Assembly (NCBI GenBank): GCA_964187785.1
Contig: OZ076409.1
Coordinates: 17,424,001 to 17,488,000 of the forward strand
Direction of reading: 5' to 3'
Source of the DNA: Amphiscolops sp. MND2022
Taxonomy: Eukaryota
Length of the DNA stretch: 64,000 nt
Shown piece by piece: positions 54,501-64,000 of this stretch. The notes under the pieces are model-generated. The model ran no database searches, was not told the DNA's origin, and saw only the letters and a program-made list of their open reading frames with translations. Each line of letters starts with the position of its first letter. Within the stretch, counting starts at the first letter, position 1. Made by a program: the position numbers and the translations under genes.

Positions 54501-57500
54501 CTTCAAGCATTGGACCGCCCCTGAAATTTACTGAGAATAAGTTGGAAAAATAATTGAGGAAAAAAGAGAACAAAATTAAAAACAAAATCAAAGTCTGAAC
54601 CAAATTGCGAGCGCAGAGAAAATCATTTGAATTTGAGAGTTCAAAATTTGTCGAACACTGTCAACACTTTTGTAAAAACAAAAAAGTTTGAAGATGAATT
54701 ATGTGTAGCTTATTTTACCTTCGTCTTCCGGATTGGAGGTCGATTCTACAGAAAAGGTGAATCAAGTCAATTAGTTTGTGATGAGAATGTAAACTAGTAG
54801 TTTTGTAATTGGATGATGAAGATAGGATTTAAAAAGTGAAATAAATTCATGAGTTCAATAATTATTTGAAAAATCTTCCTTGACTCCCTGCTAGAGGTAA
54901 TTTTTCTGACGAACTGGTACAGAGCGTTCAGAGATTAAAGTGAGAAAAAAGTCACAATGTTTTCATATCAAACGGAAAGTTCTGAAAATTTGCAGCGACA
55001 CTGACTCAAGAGGGATATTTCAGATAATTTACACAGCAATAGTTTATTGCTTGAGTGAATGTTTCGTGTTTTTATTTGATATTTTCGCAGAATTTTTCTT
55101 TGATATCATAGAAAATATGATATTTTTTTCATTGTCGCTGAGTTTCATGACGTTCAATTTTTGCAGCTGAAAAGTGGCCATTCTACACAACAACTTGAAC
55201 GGAAGTTGAAATTTTGGCACAAAAAAAAAGAACTTCTTCACAAGTTCCACGCTAAATATCCCTTCAACATCTTCGTTGATTATGTTAGGAGGCCTTACTA
55301 TAGAGGGGGAGGCAAAGATTGAGTCCAAAAACAAATACAATACAAACTGAGTCCCAAATACAAAAAGCGTCGATTGAGTCCCACGACAATTGAGTTGAGC
55401 ATACACGTATTTTTCAAAAAGCCTAATTTTACAGCTTGTTTTTTTTCTACGATTTTGCAATTATTTCTAAATCAAAACATGTTAGGGTCTTCGGTATACT
55501 CAAGGGGATCACTTGAATATAAGATTTCGAGCAAAAGTAGACCAAAAGTGAGAAAAACCTGAATTTTGACTTAAATTTGGCAAAAAATGGCCTATCGTAA
55601 CATTTACAATTTTCATCGCATAATTTTCAAACAAACACTTTTGTAAACTAGATGAAAATCTGAGACACTTTCACTTTTATCCTTTTTCAGCAATCACTAC
55701 CGTTTTTGAGGTATTCGATTTTGAGATTTGTCTCATGTTGCTTTCAATAATAACACTACTTTAGAGTGATTGCCACACCTGTTTCGTGGTCGAAAGTGAC
55801 TCTCCGCATGTGGTACTCAAAGGGCGCCGTGTTTGTATTCTCGTCCGTGCTCAGAATCCACTTGCTGATGAGTGTGTGTTGCGAGATTCTGTTCCAGTTG
55901 GCGACTCCTATGATCTTGAAAGAGGGCGCCTTCGCTGTGCCCATCCAACTCGTCATTTGAGCGTCCTTCAGAGCGTCACACGTGATTGCGTCCACACCTA
56001 AGCGACACCAATCCCAGTGTAAAACTCTTGGATTTCTTGCCAAGATCTTGGATTTTCCAACAAAATCCTGCTCCCTCTTGATTTTTTTAAAATCTTGGAA
56101 TCTTGCCAAAATTCTTATCAAGAAATCCGGGATGTGAAAATTTTGAGCAATTTGAAAATTAGTTCGGTATCGCAAATTGTTGACTTGGGTCCTGTTTACA
56201 GTAATTTTGGGCCATGGTATGAGTAAATTTGATAAAATTACCCTTTTATTAGCAATTTTACAGCCAAGATTTTTACCAACAATATCCAAGATTCTATGTT
56301 TTTACAATGGGATATCATTTGGCATAGAGTGCTTAAACTGTTTTGTTTGTTTCTAAAAATTATTTTTTACTTTTTTAAAATTGTTCATTGTATATGTTCT
56401 TAAACAAGGAATTCAGTCTTTTTTGTATTGTCCTTAGGCGTAATGTCCGGACACCATTAAATAGTTATACGACGATAACAGGGTGACTATTTGTACTGGC
56501 TTTTGTAACCTTGATTGGTGCCCCCCGTGAGTATCCAGCAGCTGGTAGAGCACACTGCCCTGAGGAGCCCCTGCTTCAAGCGGTTGAGGTACCTGGGCAG
56601 CATTGTGACTTGCCTGCCGGTGGTACCTGCCACTGAGATACAGATGTTGGGTAGGGTCAGGTTCCAGTCCTCGATCAGGTGCTCGACCACAATCACAGGG
56701 TGCGTGTCATCGGCCACTATGGTCAGGTCAGCCATCTTGTCTATCGCACCCACTTCTGACATGATCCTGAAACAGTGGTGATCCTTAACTTATTATGAGG
56801 ATTATGCCTAGAGTTGGAACCGGGCCCGATTATCCAGGCCCGGTCAATGGTTTTGAAACCCTTACTGACAAACAAAAAATGAATTTCTTTTGGACCCTTT
56901 TTGTTCTACACCTATCAAAGCACAGGTCCGGCCCGGTTCCAACTCTGATTATCACAATACTCATCACAGAAACCTCAACATATTTTCCCATAACTCCGTG
57001 AACTTACGCATAATTTACGCATTTCATTGTTCACGAAGAATGTATTCGATATGTGAAAAGTAGCATCAATGTTATTCCGAAAACCATTATAGACGTTGCT
57101 ACAGAGTTTATGGCAAAATCTTGATAGAATTGATTTGTTTCTAGTGGACTTCTTTGTAAGAAAAAGGCTTGATTCTTACAATGGCAAGTTTTTCTGTAAA
57201 ATGACAATATCTACAATGTGAGGTTGTGCCTAAGATCAGTCCAAACGGTCTTCTTTTTCCACATTCCATATTCCACATTTTTACATTACCTGTGAAACTG
57301 AAAAGGTCCCTTTTTGATTTTTACATTTTCAGTTTTTGATACAATTGATTGACTTCAGTTATATGAATTCCTTTTACATTCGAACCCAGAATCAGCTGTT
57401 TATACTGCTATTTCAAGGTCTGCTTAATTTTAGGACTATTTGCTTAGACATTAGAGTTAGTTAACTACTTCTTATTAGAAAATTCATGTCTTTCACATCA

Positions 57501-57976
57501 CGATGAAAACCATCCTGTTTTTTGAAAACATAAGAGCTACAAGATTTTTATAAGAGCAAGCATGCTGCTTAGAACAACACATCCACAATATTTCAGTCAA
57601 ACCTTTGTTAGAATTTACACGAAAACTTTTTCCCTCATTAACTTTCGACAATTAATTAAATTGCTGTTGGTAACCTGATTTTCCGGTTGATGCCAGTCTT
57701 GCCGAAATCCACCGTCTCCAGATGCAAGTCACTCCTCCAGGTCTTGGTATCGTACCAGGGCTTCCTAGTTTCATAATACGCGTGCTCCTCCTCCAGGTAG
57801 TTGCACCCTTTGCACCTGACCCCCTTGGGGCCCTTCTTGGGGTCAGAGATGGCCTCGTAGTAAGAAGCGGAGGTCTCCCCCTTCTGGTCAGCGTTGGGTG
57901 GTTTTTCGTCCTTGGGCTGGAAGTTGACACACATCTTGCGTGTATTCCGCCGCTCGTAGAAGAGTATCTTACTCAT
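24516..57976 (-). CDS. TRPM: TRPM/TRPS-clade transient receptor potential cation channel, ~22 coding exons, ~1,620 aa, no C-terminal kinase or NUDT9-H domain
   Basis: Phase-consistent exons assembled by hand: 57976-57675, 56766-56510, 55997-55779, 54745-54719, 53859-53478, 53173-53037, 52407-52163, 51712-51556, 47576-47353, 45962-45723, 45359-45168, 44214-44017, 41581-41415, 38746-38455, 37287-36996, 36555(or 36576)-36246, 28248-28110, 27751-27438, 27111-26963, 26411-26184, 25543-25356, 24716-24516. Motifs: SLOG/MHR (W.L..PNICISVAG, WILTGGTNQGV, IIGVANW, IPIILCEGSGMATD, LAVHWNRCD, ALVEDKVEFIKLFLEHG, DPFRELCIWAIL), FYTSPIAKF before S1, S4-S5 RLLRFYQCSSKLGPMWIMIRKM, S6 NALMLNLLVAIY, TRP box EWK...FLPPP, C-terminal coiled coil. 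Four donors are non-canonical (see findings). Confidence 0.9.
24970..25322 (+). mobile_element. HINE family 1 remnant with tRNA-like cassette
   Basis: B box GGTTCGAATCC at ~25022. 3' end GGCGCCGATTTCGGCCGTTCCCGGCTT. Confidence 0.6.
29023..29305 (-). mobile_element. Polypurine tract plus 3' LTR of BEL element A (distal boundary uncertain)
   Basis: Minus-strand GACGGGAGGA directly followed by TGTTG at 29295. Candidate AACA end near 29023. Confidence 0.55.
29464..32784 (-). CDS. BEL/Pao retrotransposon pol (RT, RNase H, integrase), 1106-aa open frame, element A
   Basis: TTKLRVVLDG, SINDCLSKGPNL, ADIEKAFLQV, FYVDD, YDPLG, LHSFADAS, TIPRLEL, ENPADIPSRG, H...H..C..C, GVDFAGP, SDNG, APWWGGFWERLV. 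Confidence 0.95.
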   Translation of the reverse strand: MGTFLSSVQGADTLSEKVESFWNLESLGIKTEEDTMLEDFQKTVTFNGERYVTKLPWNGNEEFLQDHKKLATSRLESTTRSIIAKGRLKEYDDVLREQVGAGILEEVPEQDINTSKRCHYTPHNAVIREDKATTKLRVVLDGAARSSKFDFSINDCLSKGPNLLVSLFAILLRFRLFQVTVLADIEKAFLQVCVHQDDIDALRILWYKNPFDCNRKVAVFRYLRVVFGFVCSPSLLNATIRYHLQRCLEKAQSEKDKVMLKSLIDSFYVDDLTLSIPTVEEAEGLISLSEKVIGEAGMRLRKWVTNRSEVSKFLETKKLVESISGQVGMKVLGLSYQVKEDEIHFDFSTFLKCLAEKDKLTKRIALGVVSSVYDPLGLVSPVVVELKLAIQDLWKRSLGWDDVLSEESGKTFQEVFREWRNEKLVIPRQYVEVQGRYGIELHSFADASQRVCAVACYGRAIVAGEIKTFLIASKTKLSSLKSGTIPRLELVAALLAARLSKNVEVALGEVVRGSHFWSDSAIVLSWIRSHTANNGQFIQRRLLEIRELTDVNSWYYVPSEENPADIPSRGLRVGDLRECRLWWQGPDFLKHEEGKWLSNEVGKEEVCTTVAVVECSPEVRLLSVVDCRRYSKYSRFVKVVGLLLSVLERLRKMRFRRKERQAENMILSAVQKASLQEELRFLAKQEGIQPSRVKELRLFLSTDGLIRCQTRLAEAQFLSFDAKNPILLPAGEYITDLIIMHFHERVNHGSERCTVSILREKFWVVKARQQVRRVIRQCTFCKRYNRRRYRVQAEANLPVERLSQAAAFTHIGVDFAGPLYLKYFDPEAGSNKAYICLFTCASSRAVHLEVTQSLTVVAFLRAFKRFVARRGAPVTIYSDNGRTFRGASEDVKAFVSFLCQNFSHPGVDWKFNVELAPWWGGFWERLVRSVKEPLRKALGRNVIGYDELVTVVTEVEAVVDSRPLGYLYMDDPSECLPLTPSHLVNGRSLSGSTVEFPESSLQSIQRRQQFLKTLVDQFWAVWSKEYLIELRQFFNSPSNNLSNPLPKENDIVLLHEKRPRHCWRIGKLSKLIIGRDGQARAAEVISSGKTFRRPLQLISPLEIIQE
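32956..35425 (-). pseudogene. BEL/Pao gag-protease-RT start of a second element (B), frameshifted and HINE-interrupted
   Basis: DUF1759-like gag, Cys-His knuckles (CFNC...H....C...C..C...HHTLLH), RALLDSGSQ, YLPHH, TTKLRVVFDAS...SLNDCLLVGP. Confidence 0.9.
33003..33695 (-). mobile_element. HINE family 1, young complete copy inserted in BEL RT
   Basis: Both termini intact. The empty site reads GGT TTT TCA CTT (G-F-S-L). Confidence 0.9.
37371..37746. mobile_element. MULE-like foldback MITE (AAAATCTCCTAGG units)
   Basis: Inverted tandem arrays. Imperfect 9-bp TSD ACCTGTGGA/ACCTGTAGG. Confidence 0.75.
40343..40900 (+). mobile_element. Old HINE family 1 remnant
   Basis: Diverged 5' end TTAGTGGGCGCTTTATGAAATCAAACGCGACTAT and AAAGGGTCC core. 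Confidence 0.55.
41871..43769 (+). CDS. COQ6: Ubiquinone biosynthesis FAD-dependent monooxygenase COQ6 (2 exons: 41871-42224, 42741-43769)
   Basis: N-terminal YDVIISGAGISG FAD-binding motif, LLVGAEGFNSPVR, TAWQRFL..GPIASLPL, ALVGDAAHRIHPLAGQGANL. GT-AG phase-0 intron 42225-42740 joins the two ORFs in frame. Confidence 0.93.
46471..46520. repeat. 50-bp perfect spacerless palindrome
   Basis: TAGTTACTTGACTATTTTAGTTACT|AGTAACTAAAATAGTCAAGTAACTA. Confidence 0.95.
46912..47316. mobile_element. Inverted pair of HINE family-1 3' ends forming ~160-bp TIR-like arms
   Basis: 46913-47072 is the reverse complement of ~47158-47316 with few differences. Confidence 0.8.
47925..48465. mobile_element. piggyBac-type MITE
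   Basis: TTAA on both sides. TIR CCCTAAGTGGA.CA, 13/14. Confidence 0.85.
49202..50662 (-). mobile_element. HINE, terminus type ATTTTCCGCCC/GGGCGGAAAAT, with internal ~170-190-bp tandem repeats
   Basis: Subterminal inverted repeat at 49229-49239 and 50647-50657. CCGC..GCGG hairpin plus TTGTT at the 3' end. About four GGACAACGAATTC...TTTTCAACATTCTAAT units at 49260-49930. Confidence 0.75.
50008..50507. mobile_element. MULE-like foldback MITE (AACTCGTCGAAAAC units) nested in a HINE
   Basis: Perfect 9-bp TSD TACATATCG (49999-50007, 50508-50516). Confidence 0.88.
50897..51462. mobile_element. piggyBac-type MITE
   Basis: TTAA on both sides. TIR CCCCAAT.GACCT, 12/13. Confidence 0.82.
56809..56947. 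mobile_element. Small hAT-type MITE
   Basis: TIR (T/C)AGAGTTGGAACCGGGCC. Degenerate 8-bp flanks ATTATGCC/ATTATCAC. Confidence 0.7.
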
Positions 57977-58114
57977 CGTGCTACAAAAAACATTAAATAT
58001 TGTTTCATTTATTAAATATTTATAAAAACATAATTTCATACATTATATATTTTAAGATCTTCAATTATGGACAATAAACGATCAAAGGTACTATGAATTT
58101 AGTTTCCTTGACAA

Positions 58115-58799
58115 TTTTTAGGAGTCGGAAAAAATTTTCAACTACTTATGCAATCGTGCTGTTTTTTTTTTTTTCTCCCGACCTTTTCAAGAAAATTTCA
58201 AATTTCTCAAAAACTGTCCATACGATTTTCACGAAATTTTGCACAGTCATTCTACACCCAAAGGGGCCCCTGCGTGTGCAAAGGCATCAAAATCGTATGG
58301 CCTGGATGTGAGAAACATAGCCAAAATTAGCCCAAAAGTGGCCAAAAAACAGCCATTTTTCGACTTTTTCGATTTTCTCAAAAACTGTCCATACGATTCG
58401 AACGAAATTTTCTACAGTTATTCTACACCACATTAGAGTCCTATATGTGCATAGCATCAAAATCGTATGGCTGGGATGTGAGAAACATAGCCAAAATTAG
58501 CCCAAAAATGGCCAAAAAACAGTCATTTTTCTATTTTTTTCGATTTTCTCAAAAACTGTCCATACGATTCGAACGAAATTTTCTACAGTCATTCTACACC
58601 ATATTAGAGTCCTATATGTGCAACGGCATCAAAATCGTATGGCTGGGATGTGAGAAACATAGCCAAAATTAGCCCAAAAATGGCCAAAAAACAGCCATTT
58701 TTCGATTTTTTCACAAACTGTTCATACGATTCGAACGAAAGCGAGTCAGAAGGAAAAAGACTTAAGCCGACTCCTTTACCGCATATGCGGCTCTGGTTT
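58115..58799 (+). mobile_element. HINE, terminus type AGGAGTCGG/CCGACTCCT, with ~3 x 170-bp internal tandem repeats
   Basis: Inverted repeat at 58120-58128 and 58767-58775, then palindrome CCGCATATGCGG. Repeat units start at about 58211, 58381 and 58552. Confidence 0.75.
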
Positions 58800-58975
58800 G
58801 ATGAAGAATAGAAAAACGAAGCTACGTCATGCAATGCATGATTTAATTTCTCGGACTTTTATAACAATGAAATTGACTGATGAATCACGCCATTGATGAA
58901 TCATTATTGCCTTTGATGTCACTCAATCCAAATAATTGACAATTTAATCCCGCAAAATGGATTTTCAACTGGAGA

Positions 58976-61900
58976 TGTTTCGACAAGGAATTTTCAAGGT
59001 TATGTTTTGTTTCCATACCCTTCATAGTCAACCCTTTATGTGAACTGTTACATTGAATTAAGCCTAAGTCTTAGACCGCTTTCTTGAAAATTCAATATGA
59101 AATATTACTAAACCCTTTACTAAGTAACGCCTTTCATTTCCGGTAATTGGAGACTGCCTGGAGAATTACAGGTACTAAGTAGTCTTTCTCTAAACTTTCT
59201 TCAACTACTATACACATTATTTTGGCGCCCCTTATTCTGACCCGTTTACCCTTAATTACCTTAGTTTTCTTCGTTGGTTTGTGAAATTTTCGTTATAAAG
59301 TTCTAATTTTATTGCCTTATTTTAAGTTTGTTGATTTAATTGACATACTACGAAGGATACCAGTTTGATTAAAATGGTTTCCACGCGAAGTCAAGGTCAA
59401 AATGATGACAACGTGGATGTTGATATAGCCAATGGCAATGGCTCGACGCATTGAATTTGGCTCATGGGCAAACTTCCAACGATAGCATTGCTAACATGCA
59501 AGTGGCGCAAAATGATAATGAAATTTCACGTTTGTTGTCACTACAGCAACTCAGTCTGGACGACATTCATTGCTCACTTGATTTTGTCAATAATTGTATT
59601 GACGCAAACGAATCCACTGATATGTGTCGGGAATTTTTTGTGGAAACAGAGCAAAAGGTGGATGAATTTGAGTCTTTAACGAAAGAAATCATTCTACTTG
59701 CAAATACCCACCTGCATACCCAGTCAGAACGACTAGATGGGGTTAAGAATGACTTGCGAACTATTCGCTTGAAGTTAATGAAAAAGCGCAGTTCTGATCA
59801 ATTGTGCAAAACTGCTCGGCCTACGGTAAATGACACAACTTCTAATGAACGTATAGTCACTTCTAACAACCCTCTACCGGCCTTCACAACTGCTGACCTC
59901 TCTTCAGAGTCGAATATTCCTGGAATTTCTTCAACAATTGCTTGAACCATTACGACGTTATTTCGCGAAGCCACAGTCAATCAATCGCATTTCGCTCCTT
60001 ATTTTCCTCAAGGAGTTGGATTATCACAGAGAATGTCTTTAACATTCCAAAAATCAATTCCCAAAGTCACACCCACAGTGTTCAATGGAGACCCGCTTCT
60101 CTGGTTAGATTGGATTGGACTCTTTAATGCCACAATTCATTCATCTGACATGACAACAGTTGAAAAAATGACGCATTTACAAACACTTGTCAAGGATCAA
60201 GCAAAGTCTACCATTCGTGGATATGGGTACAATGGAGACATGTATTTCATTGCACTGAAACGCCTTCAAGACACATTTGGAAATCCAACTGAAACTATCA
60301 CCTCTTTTCTGCAACGCCTCAGCAGCCACCCTTCTCCATCTCTTCGACAACCCGATTCGCTTACTGCCTATTCCAATTTTTTGACGACCTTAGTTGACAC
60401 TTTCGAGCAGTTGAATTTTCAGCACGACATTTGCTCGACAACCAACGTTCAACAAGCCTTAGCAAAGCTACCCACAGAAACTAGACTAGCCTGGAACCGA
60501 CATGCTGTCTCTTCAGGACTCCAACGACGGACGCTAAAAGACATTACCTCATGGTTACGGGAATTCGCTCTCGCCTGCAGTGAAATTCCTGTAGCAAAAC
60601 ATCTTGCACCTTCTGAACACTCGACAGCGAAGTTCTTTCGACCTTCAAGTTCAACAAGCAGCGCTCTCCACCAACATTTTGCCAACGACAAAACAAACTC
60701 AGCACCATCAACGGACAAAGTCAAAAAAGATTTCTGTCCCGAATCAAAGGGATGCGATCTGCTTCGACAATGCCCTCATTTCGAATCCCTTAATGTTCAG
60801 AACAGATACGAACACGTCAAAAAATTGAAACTTTGTTTCAATTGCCTAGGACCTCACGCATTTAAGGATTGTAAATCCGAAAAAACCTGACGAATTGAAG
60901 GTTGTCACCGACGACACCACACGTTGTTGCACCGTGATCAGCAACCAGCAGTAACTTCAACAGTCAACACCCGACGCCATCAGCCTGGTATTGTGCCTAT
61001 TGTTCCCGTTACCTTCTCTTACGGAAACAATCGACTTTCGACATACGCCCTGCTTGATTCCGGAAGTTCTGTGACACTACTTGCTGAATCAAAAAAGGGC
61101 GTATGTCGAAACCCAATCTACAGGGTAATCAACCACTCAGTGTTTCTGGGATCAACACTGTTGCAGAAATACAAGTAGCAACCCTGCAATGTTTCATCGG
61201 ACCGTTCAACTCCGCTGTTCAGCCTCACAGACTCGACAATGTTCTTTCAGTGCCAACACTGAACGTTCAAACAGCGCAACCGAATTTTCTCAACTCAGTT
61301 TGCCAGCAACATCCTCATCTTAAACACGTCACATTCCCGCAACTACATTCTAATAATGTTTCACTCCTGATCGGAGTGGACGCTTATGATGTTATTTGCA
61401 GCCGAGAAGTCATTCATGGACCACCCAACACGCCCAAAGCACTGAACACAGTTCTTGGATGGTCAATAGTAGGAACCAGCAGTCATCAGCTACCAACGAC
61501 AGCAGAGACACTCCTCGTCCGAACGCCGACATTGGATGACGAACTTTTCCATCAAGTTCAAAATTGGATGCGACTTGACAATGAAGGAGTTTCTTCAACC
61601 AAAAAAGCGTTTTCAGCCAACGATCGTCGCGAGAACATTCTCCAGTCTACAACAACGAAAGTTGGAGACCGATACCAAATCGGCCTTCTCTGGAAACCAA
61701 ATGTTGATCTGCACAACAATCGATGGGTTGCCGAACGCCAGCTGCGCACCCTCGAACAACGCTTGCAGAAAGACCCAACTTTCAAAGAGCAATAACAGAA
61801 AACAATCGATGACGATCTTGCCAAAAGTTACATCGTAGAAGTACCGACAGTCGACGCCACCTTGAAAAAATGGTACCTTCCACATCATCCAGTTACCAAC

Positions 61901-62292
61901 GTTAACAAACCAGGAAAAGTTCGTCGCGTGACAATTGCCAGCAGTGTCTTCAAAGGACAGTCACTCAACAACAGGTTACTTACAGGACCGGATTTTCTTT
62001 GCAAACTAACAGGATTGATAATGCGATTTCGCCAACATTCAGTCGCAATATCCGCCGACATTGAGGCCATGTTTATGCAAGTGCTTGTGGGTTCTAAAGA
62101 CCGACAGTATCTACGTTTTTTATTGAGTAACGACACGAAGACAATCGAATTCGAGTACACCAGACATATTTTCGGGGCAACAGACTCCCCCTGCTATGCC
62201 GTCCGCAAGTGTGCCAAGGACAATGAAGCTGTTTATCCTGGTCTGCCCGAAGTTTTAGCATCAGGAGGTTTCAACCTAACCAAATGGAGCAC
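58976..62292 (+). mobile_element. Defective BEL/Pao element: 5' LTR (~58976-59216), PBS-like TGGCGCCC, gag-protease-partial RT
   Basis: ATG at 59374 (MVSTRS), FNGDPLLW gag motif, CFNCLGPH, YALLDSGS, WYLPHHPV...KPGKVR, ADIEAMFMQV. Several stops and frameshifts. The YxDD segment is deleted. Confidence 0.88.
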
Positions 62293-64000
62293 GAATTTTC
62301 AAGGTTATGTTTTGTTTCCATACCCTTCATAGTCAACCCTTTATGTGAACTGTTACATTGAATTAAGCCTAAGTCTTAGACCGCTTTCTTGAAAATTCAA
62401 TATGAAATATTACTAAACCCTTTACTAAGTAACGCCTTTCATTTCCGGTAATTGGAGACTGCCTGGAGAATTACAGGTACTAAGTAGTCTTTCTCTAAAC
62501 TTTCTTCAACTACTATACACATTATTTTGGCGCCCCTTATTCTGACCCGTTTACCCTTAATTACCTTAGTTTTCTTCGTTGGTTTGTGAAATTTTCGTTA
62601 TAAAGTTCTAATTTTATTGCCTTATTTTAAGTTTGTTGATTTAATTGACATACTACGAAGGATACCAGTTTGATTAAAATGGTTTCCACGCGAAGTCAAG
62701 GTCAAAATGATGACAACGTGGATGTTGATATAGCCAATGGCAATGGCTCGACGCATTGAATTTGGCTCATGGGCAAACTTCCAACGATAGCATTGCTAAC
62801 ATGCAAGTGGCGCAAAATGATAATGAAATTTCACGCTTGTTGTCACTACAGCAACTCAGTCTGGACGACATTCATTGCTCACTTGATTTTGTCAATAATT
62901 GTATTGACGCAAACGAATCCACTGATATGTGTCGGGAATTTTTTGTGGAAACAGAGCAAAAGGTGGATGAATTTGAGTCTTTAACGAAAGAAATCATTCT
63001 ACTTGCAAATACCCACCTGCATACCCAGTCAGAACGACTAGCTGGGGTTAAGAATGACTTGCGAACTATTCGCTTGAAGTTAATGAAAAAGCGCAGTTCT
63101 GATCAATTGTGCAAAACTGCTCGGCCTACGGTAAATGACACAACTTCTAATGAACGTATAGTCACTTCTAACAACCCTCTACCGGCCTTCACAACTGCTG
63201 ACCTCTCTTCAGAGTCGAATATTCCTGGAATTTCTTCAACAATTGCTTGAACCATTACGACGTTATTTCGCGAAGCCACAGTCAATCAATCGCATTTCGC
63301 TCCTTATTTTCCTCAAGGAGTTGGATTATCACAGAGAATGTCTTTAACATTCCAAAAATCAATTCCCAAAGTCACACCCACAGTGTTCAATGGAGACCCT
63401 AATAATGTTTCACTCCTGATCGGAGTGGACGCTTATGATGTTATTTGCAGCCGAGAAGTCATTCATGGACCACCCAACACGCCCAAAGCACTGAACACAG
63501 TTCTTGGATGGTCAATAGTAGGAACCAGCAGTCATCAGCTACCAACGACAGCAGAGACACTCCTCGTCCGAACGCCGACATTGGATGACGAACTTTTCCA
63601 TCAAGTTCAAAATTGGATGCGACTTGACAATGAAGGAGTTTCTTCAACCAAAAAAGCGTTTTCAGCCAACGATCGTCGCGAGAACATTCTCCAGTCTACA
63701 ACAACGAAAGTTGGAGACCGATACCAAATCGGCCTTCTCTGGAAACCAAATGTTGATCTGCACAACAATCGATGGGTTGCCGAACGCCAGCTGCGCACCC
63801 TCGAACAACGCTTGCAGAAAGACCCAACTTTCAAAGAGCAATAACAGAAAACAATCGATGACGATCTTGCCAAAAGTTACATCGTAGAAGTACCGACAGT
63901 CGACGCCACCTTGAAAAAATGGTACCTTCCACATCATCCAGTTACCAACGTTAACAAACCAGGAAAAGTTCGTCGCGTGACAAATGCCAGCAGTGTCTTC
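62293..64000 (+). mobile_element. Head-to-tail second copy of the defective BEL unit with a 1256-bp internal deletion (runs off the window)
   Basis: Offset to copy 1 is 3305 bp before 63399 and 2049 bp after. Near-identical sequence. Confidence 0.92.

Noticed and set aside
37288..56509. Weak end-complementarity in several canonical GT introns (e.g. 38454-37288, 56509-55998, 54718-53860)
   Set aside because: The matches are partial or A/T-rich and cannot be distinguished from chance by eye.

Overview
This is AT-rich, repeat-dense genomic DNA from an invertebrate animal, with spliceosomal introns and animal-type genes; the species cannot be determined from the sequence. Four host genes are visible. 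(i) A ~22-exon TRPM/TRPS-clade channel gene lies on the minus strand (57976->24516, ~1,620 aa as assembled by hand). (ii) COQ6 is nested antisense inside one of its introns. (iii) The last three exons of GALE are at 17124-19573. (iv) A short NRARP-like ankyrin gene (6365-6721) is preceded by clustered CSL/Su(H) motifs. The rest is mostly mobile DNA: many non-autonomous Helentron-like (HINE/DINE-1 architecture) elements with at least six terminus types, several carrying a tRNA-like A/B-box cassette; a decayed hAT transposon in a three-level nest; MULE-, piggyBac-, hAT- and Tc1-type MITEs; BEL/Pao and Gypsy LTR remnants; and a LINE fragment. The most unusual signal is in the channel gene. Four of its introns appear to use non-GT donors (GC, GC, GG, GA). 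In each, the first intron nucleotides are repeated in inverted form 6 or 17 nt before the acceptor. This points to Introner-like intron origin or structure-assisted non-canonical splicing. All splice assignments are inferred by eye, without transcript data.
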